From positions 540,001-572,000 of the forward strand of contig NC_002528.1 in NCBI RefSeq assembly GCF_000009605.1: a stretch of DNA of 32,000 nt, read 5' to 3'. Of this stretch, positions 27,364 through 32,000 are shown piece by piece. The stretch is from Buchnera aphidicola str. APS (Acyrthosiphon pisum). GTDB taxonomy: Bacteria > Pseudomonadota > Gammaproteobacteria > Enterobacterales > Enterobacteriaceae. A program made the position numbers and the translations under genes. Numbering within the stretch: position 1 is the stretch's first letter; the number at the start of each line of letters is the position of its first letter. The notes beneath the pieces are model-generated. The model was not told where the DNA came from. It saw only the letters and a program-made list of their open reading frames with translations, and made no database searches.

Positions 27364-28590
27364 TTACTCTTTTCTAGATAAATATTTTTCTAAAGCACGA
27401 TAAAAACGTTTCATACCTTCAATAATATCTAATTCTTTAATAATTAATGAAGGTGCTAAACGAATAACATTATTACCTGCTGTAAGAAAAATCACACCTT
27501 CTGAAAGTGAAAAATTTAATATTTTATGAATATTACGAGAAACATTTGGTTTTAATACAATACCAATTAATAACCCTCTTCCTCTTATTTCTGTAAATAA
27601 TTTAAAACGTTTATTAATAATATTTAATTCAGATATTATTTTTTTAGATTTTTTTTCGACTCCAGACAAAACTTTTTTAGTGTTAATAATATCAATAACC
27701 GATTCTGCTACCGCACAAGCAAGAGGGTTTCCTCCATATGTGGTACCATGTATTCCAGGCGCAATTACAGAAGCAACTTCATTTGTAGTTAACATGGCAC
27801 TTATCGGAAACCCACCGCCTAAAGATTTAGCAATAGTTAAAATATCTGGAGTAATAGCATAATATTCATAATAAAATAATTTTCCAGTTCTACCAATTCC
27901 AGTTTGTATTTCATCAAAAATTAAAAGTACATTATATTGTTTGCATAACTCTTTTAATGCTTGCACAAAAGTGAGATTTGCTGGTATTACTCCACCTTCT
28001 CCCTGAATTAGTTCTACAACTACTGCACATGTATCATGATCAATTAAATTTTTTACACTATTAATATCATTAAATGAAGCATGTACTATACCTGCAGGTT
28101 TTGGTCCAAAATTATTAGAATATTTTGATTGACCTCCAACTGAAACAGTAAAAAAAGTCCGTCCATGAAATGAGTTATAAAAAGAAATAATTTTATTTTT
28201 TTTAAAATTATATATTTTAGATGAGTAATAACGTGCTAGCTTAAAAGCAGCTTCGTTCGCTTCTGCTCCAGAATTTGCAAAAAATATTCGTGATGCAAAA
28301 CTAGAAGAAAGTAGCTTTTTAGCTAATCTAAGAGCTGGTTCATTGGTAAAAATGTTACTGAGATGCCATAACATTTTACTTTGATTTTTTAATGTTTTAT
28401 TTAATATAGGATGACAGTGTCCTAACGATGTAACTGCAATACCCCCAGAAAAATCAATATATTCCTTTCCTTTTTGATCCCATATACGACTGCCTTTACC
28501 TTTTATAGGAATAAAAGGAATTGGATTGTAAATAGGTAAAATCAACTTATCGAAATTATCGCGTGTAATTAAGGTTTTTTTTGATATCAT
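27364..28590 (-). CDS. argD: Acetylornithine/succinyldiaminopimelate aminotransferase
   Basis: 408 aa class-III aminotransferase with YIDFSGGIAVTSLGHCHP, SGAEANEAAFKLAR, LLIFDEIQTGIGRTGKLF and ILTIAKSLGGGFPISAM (PLP-Lys) motifs. Confidence 0.95.
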   Translation of the reverse strand: MISKKTLITRDNFDKLILPIYNPIPFIPIKGKGSRIWDQKGKEYIDFSGGIAVTSLGHCHPILNKTLKNQSKMLWHLSNIFTNEPALRLAKKLLSSSFASRIFFANSGAEANEAAFKLARYYSSKIYNFKKNKIISFYNSFHGRTFFTVSVGGQSKYSNNFGPKPAGIVHASFNDINSVKNLIDHDTCAVVVELIQGEGGVIPANLTFVQALKELCKQYNVLLIFDEIQTGIGRTGKLFYYEYYAITPDILTIAKSLGGGFPISAMLTTNEVASVIAPGIHGTTYGGNPLACAVAESVIDIINTKKVLSGVEKKSKKIISELNIINKRFKLFTEIRGRGLLIGIVLKPNVSRNIHKILNFSLSEGVIFLTAGNNVIRLAPSLIIKELDIIEGMKRFYRALEKYLSRKE

Positions 28591-28905
28591 TAAACTTCCT
28601 AAAATATATTTGTTACAATAAAAATATTATTAAAAATTATTTTGATAAATAAATAAGAAATTTATAAAAATTTTTAAAAGAAAATATACATTATATTTTA
28701 TTACAATTAAACTTATTTTCTTGACAAGACCAAAAGAAATATTAATTTTTTATTTAAATTTAATGTGTAAAAGAGTATTTTTATATAATACGCATTATAT
28801 ATTTAATTTTTATACAATATTACATAATATATTGAAAAATATAAAAAAAATATAATATATATAAATTATATTTTTACGAAAATTTATCAGAAAAGGTGAT
28901 AAAAA

Positions 28906-30072
28906 ATGACAAACATCAATCGAATAGGACTTACATGGATTAGTTTTTTGTCATATGCATTTACCGGTGCATTAGTTGTTGTCACAGGGATGATAATGGG
29001 GAATATTTCTAATTATTTTCATTTATCTATTTCTCAGATGAGTAACATATTTACTTTTTTAAATGCAGGAATATTAGTATCGATTTTTATAAATTCTTGG
29101 TTAATAGAAATTATATCATTAAAAAAACAACTAATATTTAGTTTTATACTTACTATTATCGCCGTAATAGGAATAGTTCTATGTAACAGTATATTTTTAT
29201 TTTCAATAAATATGTTTATACTTGGATTGGTAAGCGGTATTACTATGTCAATTGGAACATTTATTATTACTCATCTATATTCAGGATCAAAAAGAGGTTC
29301 TCTATTATTATTAACTGACTCTTTTTTTAGTATGTCTGGTATGATATTTCCAATTGTTACAGCGTATCTTTTAGAAAAAAAAATTATTTGGTATTGGTCT
29401 TATATATGCATAGGAGCAATATATTTATTAATTTTTCTATTAACAATTAATTCCAGTTTTGAAAAATTCAAAACTAATACGAAAAATTCTAAAGAAACAA
29501 AAGAAAAATGGAACTTTAATGTATTTTTATTGTCGATTTCAGCATTATTGTATATATTAGGACAATTAGGATTTATTTCCTGGGTACCACAATATGCTAC
29601 TGAAATCATGAATATTGATATAAAAAAAACTGGTAGTTTAGTGAGTGGTTTTTGGATGTCTTATATGCTTGGAATGTGGTTTTTTAGTTTTATAATTAAA
29701 TTTTTTAATCTATATCGTATGTTTATTTTTCTTACAAGCATGTCTACAATACTTATGTATTGTTTTATTAAAAGTGAAAATTTTTTAAATCAGCAATATA
29801 TAATTATTAGTTTAGGTTTCTTCTCGAGTGCAATTTATACTATAATTATTACATTAGCATCTTTGCAAACTAAACATCCTTCTCCAAAATTAATAAACTT
29901 AATTTTATTATTCGGAACAATTGGAACATTTCTTACATTTATTATAACTAGTCCGATAGTTGAAGCAAAGGGATTATACGTTACTTTAATTAGTTCAAAT
30001 ATATTATATGGTATAGTATTTTTTCTATCTATTTTGATTTATTTTAACAAAAAATACGAAAGAGTTATATAA
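28906..30072 (+). CDS. tsgA: MFS-type transporter TsgA (YhfC)
   Basis: 388 aa, about 12 hydrophobic segments, MTNINRIGLTWISFLSYAFTGALVVVTGMIMGNI. Its place beside trpS/argD matches the known Buchnera order. Confidence 0.85.
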   Translation: MTNINRIGLTWISFLSYAFTGALVVVTGMIMGNISNYFHLSISQMSNIFTFLNAGILVSIFINSWLIEIISLKKQLIFSFILTIIAVIGIVLCNSIFLFSINMFILGLVSGITMSIGTFIITHLYSGSKRGSLLLLTDSFFSMSGMIFPIVTAYLLEKKIIWYWSYICIGAIYLLIFLLTINSSFEKFKTNTKNSKETKEKWNFNVFLLSISALLYILGQLGFISWVPQYATEIMNIDIKKTGSLVSGFWMSYMLGMWFFSFIIKFFNLYRMFIFLTSMSTILMYCFIKSENFLNQQYIIISLGFFSSAIYTIIITLASLQTKHPSPKLINLILLFGTIGTFLTFIITSPIVEAKGLYVTLISSNILYGIVFFLSILIYFNKKYERVI

Positions 30073-30104
30073 AAATTATTTATAATAAAAAATATCTGCA
30101 TTAA

Positions 30105-30136
30105 AAATAAACTAGAAGAAAATTCTGGTTTATTTA
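30105..30136. terminator. Putative shared terminator hairpin between convergent tsgA and trpS
   Basis: The inverted repeat AAATAAACTAGAA-gaaaaa-TTCTGGTTTATTT gives a 13-bp stem with one G-T/A-C position. The minus strand continues TTTATTTTTAA. The arm overlaps the trpS stop codon. Confidence 0.5.
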
Positions 30137-31141
30137 AAATAATGGAATTAATCCTAATTTATCATATACTTTTGTTAAAGTTTTATTAGATTTTAATTGA
30201 GATTTCATGGCGCCTTCATAAGCTATCTTTTTTAAATAAACTTCATCATTACGATAATCATTATAAGATTTTTGTAATTTATATAAAAATTTAGACAAGT
30301 GATCTGCAACAATATTTTTGAACTCTGAGTATAGCATACCTTCTAGTTCTTTGAGTAAAATATCAATATCTTTATTAGTAATGGCTGAAAGAATTTCTAA
30401 TAAATTTGAAATACCTGGTTTCTTTTCTATATCATAGTATATTTTCGATGGTGTTTCTGAATCAGTATAAGCGTTTTGTATTTTTGAGATAACAGTTTTT
30501 ATATCGTCTAATAAAAAAATTACATTCTTTTTATTTATATCCGATTTAGACATTTTTTTACTTGGTTCTAATAAAGACATAATTTTAGAACCATGTTGAG
30601 TAATTAATGGTTTAGGTAATGTGAATACATGACCATATAAAGAATTAAAACGATGAGCTATATTTCGTGTTAATTCTACATGCTGTTTTTGATCTTGCCC
30701 TACCGGAACAAAATTAGTTTGATATAGTAAAATATCTGCTGCCATCAAAATCGGATAATTAAATAAAGCTGCATTTATTTTTTTTGAACAATTGCTTTTT
30801 ATCTTAAATTGTGTCATACGAAGTAATTCTGAAAATTGACTAAAACAATTTAAAATCCAATTCAGTTGGCTATGTTGGTAAACATGAGATTGAATGAAAA
30901 TAATGCTTTTTTGGGGATCTACACCACAGGATAAATAAAAAGATATTGTATCTAGTATAGATTTATTTAAATGAATTTTATTTTTCTGTATAGTCAACGC
31001 ATGTAAATCAGCAATACAGTACAGACACTCATAATTATTTTGCATTTTCGACCAATGACGCATTGTTCCTATATAGTTTCCAATAGTCAAGTTTCCGGAA
31101 GGTTGTACAGCACTAAGTAAAATAGGTTTCGATAAAATCAT
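30134..31141 (-). CDS. trpS: Tryptophanyl-tRNA synthetase
   Basis: 335 aa starting MILSKPILLSAVQPSGNLTIGNYIGTMRHW at the ATG at 31139-31141, with a KMSKS-like segment (SLLEPSKKMSKSD). The track start at 31297 overlaps rpe and is an over-extension. Confidence 0.97.
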   Translation of the reverse strand: MILSKPILLSAVQPSGNLTIGNYIGTMRHWSKMQNNYECLYCIADLHALTIQKNKIHLNKSILDTISFYLSCGVDPQKSIIFIQSHVYQHSQLNWILNCFSQFSELLRMTQFKIKSNCSKKINAALFNYPILMAADILLYQTNFVPVGQDQKQHVELTRNIAHRFNSLYGHVFTLPKPLITQHGSKIMSLLEPSKKMSKSDINKKNVIFLLDDIKTVISKIQNAYTDSETPSKIYYDIEKKPGISNLLEILSAITNKDIDILLKELEGMLYSEFKNIVADHLSKFLYKLQKSYNDYRNDEVYLKKIAYEGAMKSQLKSNKTLTKVYDKLGLIPLF

Positions 31142-31163
31142 TTTATATTTCCTAAATAAAATG

Positions 31164-31850
31164 TTAGTGAATAGACCTAGAATGAGCGTATTCCAATTTT
31201 TTTCGAATTTTTTCAATAACAAGTTTATAATTAGAATATTTAAACAATCCAGACCCCATAACAAAAACATTAGCTCCAGCACACGCAATATCTGCAATAT
31301 TGTCTAATTTTACACCACCATCTACTTCTAAAAGAATATCAGAAAAATTAGCATCAATAATTTTTCTTACTTCACGTAATTTATTAAATGTAGATGGTAG
31401 AAAAGATTGATTTCCAAATCCTGGATTTACTGACATTAATAAAATTAAATCTAATTTTTCTAATATATAATCAAGAAAATTAAGAGGTGTAGCAGGGTTA
31501 AATGCCAATCCCGCTTTGCATCCGTTTTCTTTAATTAAATTTAATGTTCGTTCAATATGAAGTGTAGCTTCTGGATGAAAGGTAATAAAAGTTGCTCCTG
31601 CTTTAGCAAATTGAGGGATTAAATTATCCACTGGTTTCACCATTAAATGAACATCGATTGGTGCCGTAATATTATAATTACGTAATGATTCTAAGATCAT
31701 AGGTCCCATGCTTAAGTTTGGTACATAGTGATTATCCATAACATCAAAATGTATTAAATCACTTCCTGCATCTATTACTTTTTTTATATCTTCTCCTAAG
31801 CGTGCAAAATCAGCGGATAAAATTGATGGAGCTAAAAAAAACTTATTCAT
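31164..31850 (-). CDS. rpe: Ribulose-phosphate 3-epimerase
   Basis: 228 aa with [46 protein letters not shown] and [10 protein letters not shown]. Confidence 0.98.
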   Translation of the reverse strand: MNKFFLAPSILSADFARLGEDIKKVIDAGSDLIHFDVMDNHYVPNLSMGPMILESLRNYNITAPIDVHLMVKPVDNLIPQFAKAGATFITFHPEATLHIERTLNLIKENGCKAGLAFNPATPLNFLDYILEKLDLILLMSVNPGFGNQSFLPSTFNKLREVRKIIDANFSDILLEVDGGVKLDNIADIACAGANVFVMGSGLFKYSNYKLVIEKIRKKLEYAHSRSIH

Positions 31851-32000
31851 CTTAATTGTCCTGTCTTTAACTTATATTAAGTTATTATAATAATGATTTT
31901 TTCTAATGTTTTTCAGTATAAAAAAATAGAACACTGGGATTTTATAAAATTAAAAAATTTTTATATAATACAAGAGCTAGTCAAAAACATCTTGATTTAA

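Noticed and set aside
28721-28726. Consensus -35 TTGACA on the plus strand upstream of tsgA
   Set aside because: No matching -10 occurs 16-18 nt downstream. The nearest TATAAT (28784) is far too distant and has no -35 of its own.
31142-31297. N-terminal extension of the trpS ORF overlapping rpe
   Set aside because: The extension is antiphase translation of the rpe 3' end. The conserved TrpS N-terminus begins at the ATG at 31139-31141.

Overview
This window looks like an ordinary stretch of a strongly reduced, AT-rich gammaproteobacterial endosymbiont genome, and Buchnera aphidicola is the best fit by gene content and order. It begins inside a minus-strand 23S rRNA gene whose 5' end is near 2451. 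Upstream of that gene are tRNA-Glu(TTC), aroE, tsaC and smg. The divergent pair def-fmt follows. Next come the complete alpha, spc and S10 ribosomal-protein operons, all minus strand (rplQ through rpsJ, with rpoA, secY, rpmJ and rpmD). The str cluster follows (tuf, fusA, rpsG, rpsL), then tusB-tusC-tusD, fkpA, argD, a divergent tsgA, trpS and rpe. rpmJ and rpmD are missing from the supplied ORF track and were found by hand translation. Several ORF-track starts are N-terminally over-extended and are corrected here. I found no mobile element, CRISPR array, defence island, toxin-antitoxin system, prophage or unexplained large ORF, and I do not think the window contains a new biological system. 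The items worth a second look are regulatory or reductive. They are an rRNA promoter candidate and a boxA-like element ahead of the unlinked 23S gene, a few conspicuous hairpins at operon boundaries, a TTG start for fmt, homopolymer tracts inside genes, and a 423-bp non-coding gap between fkpA and argD.
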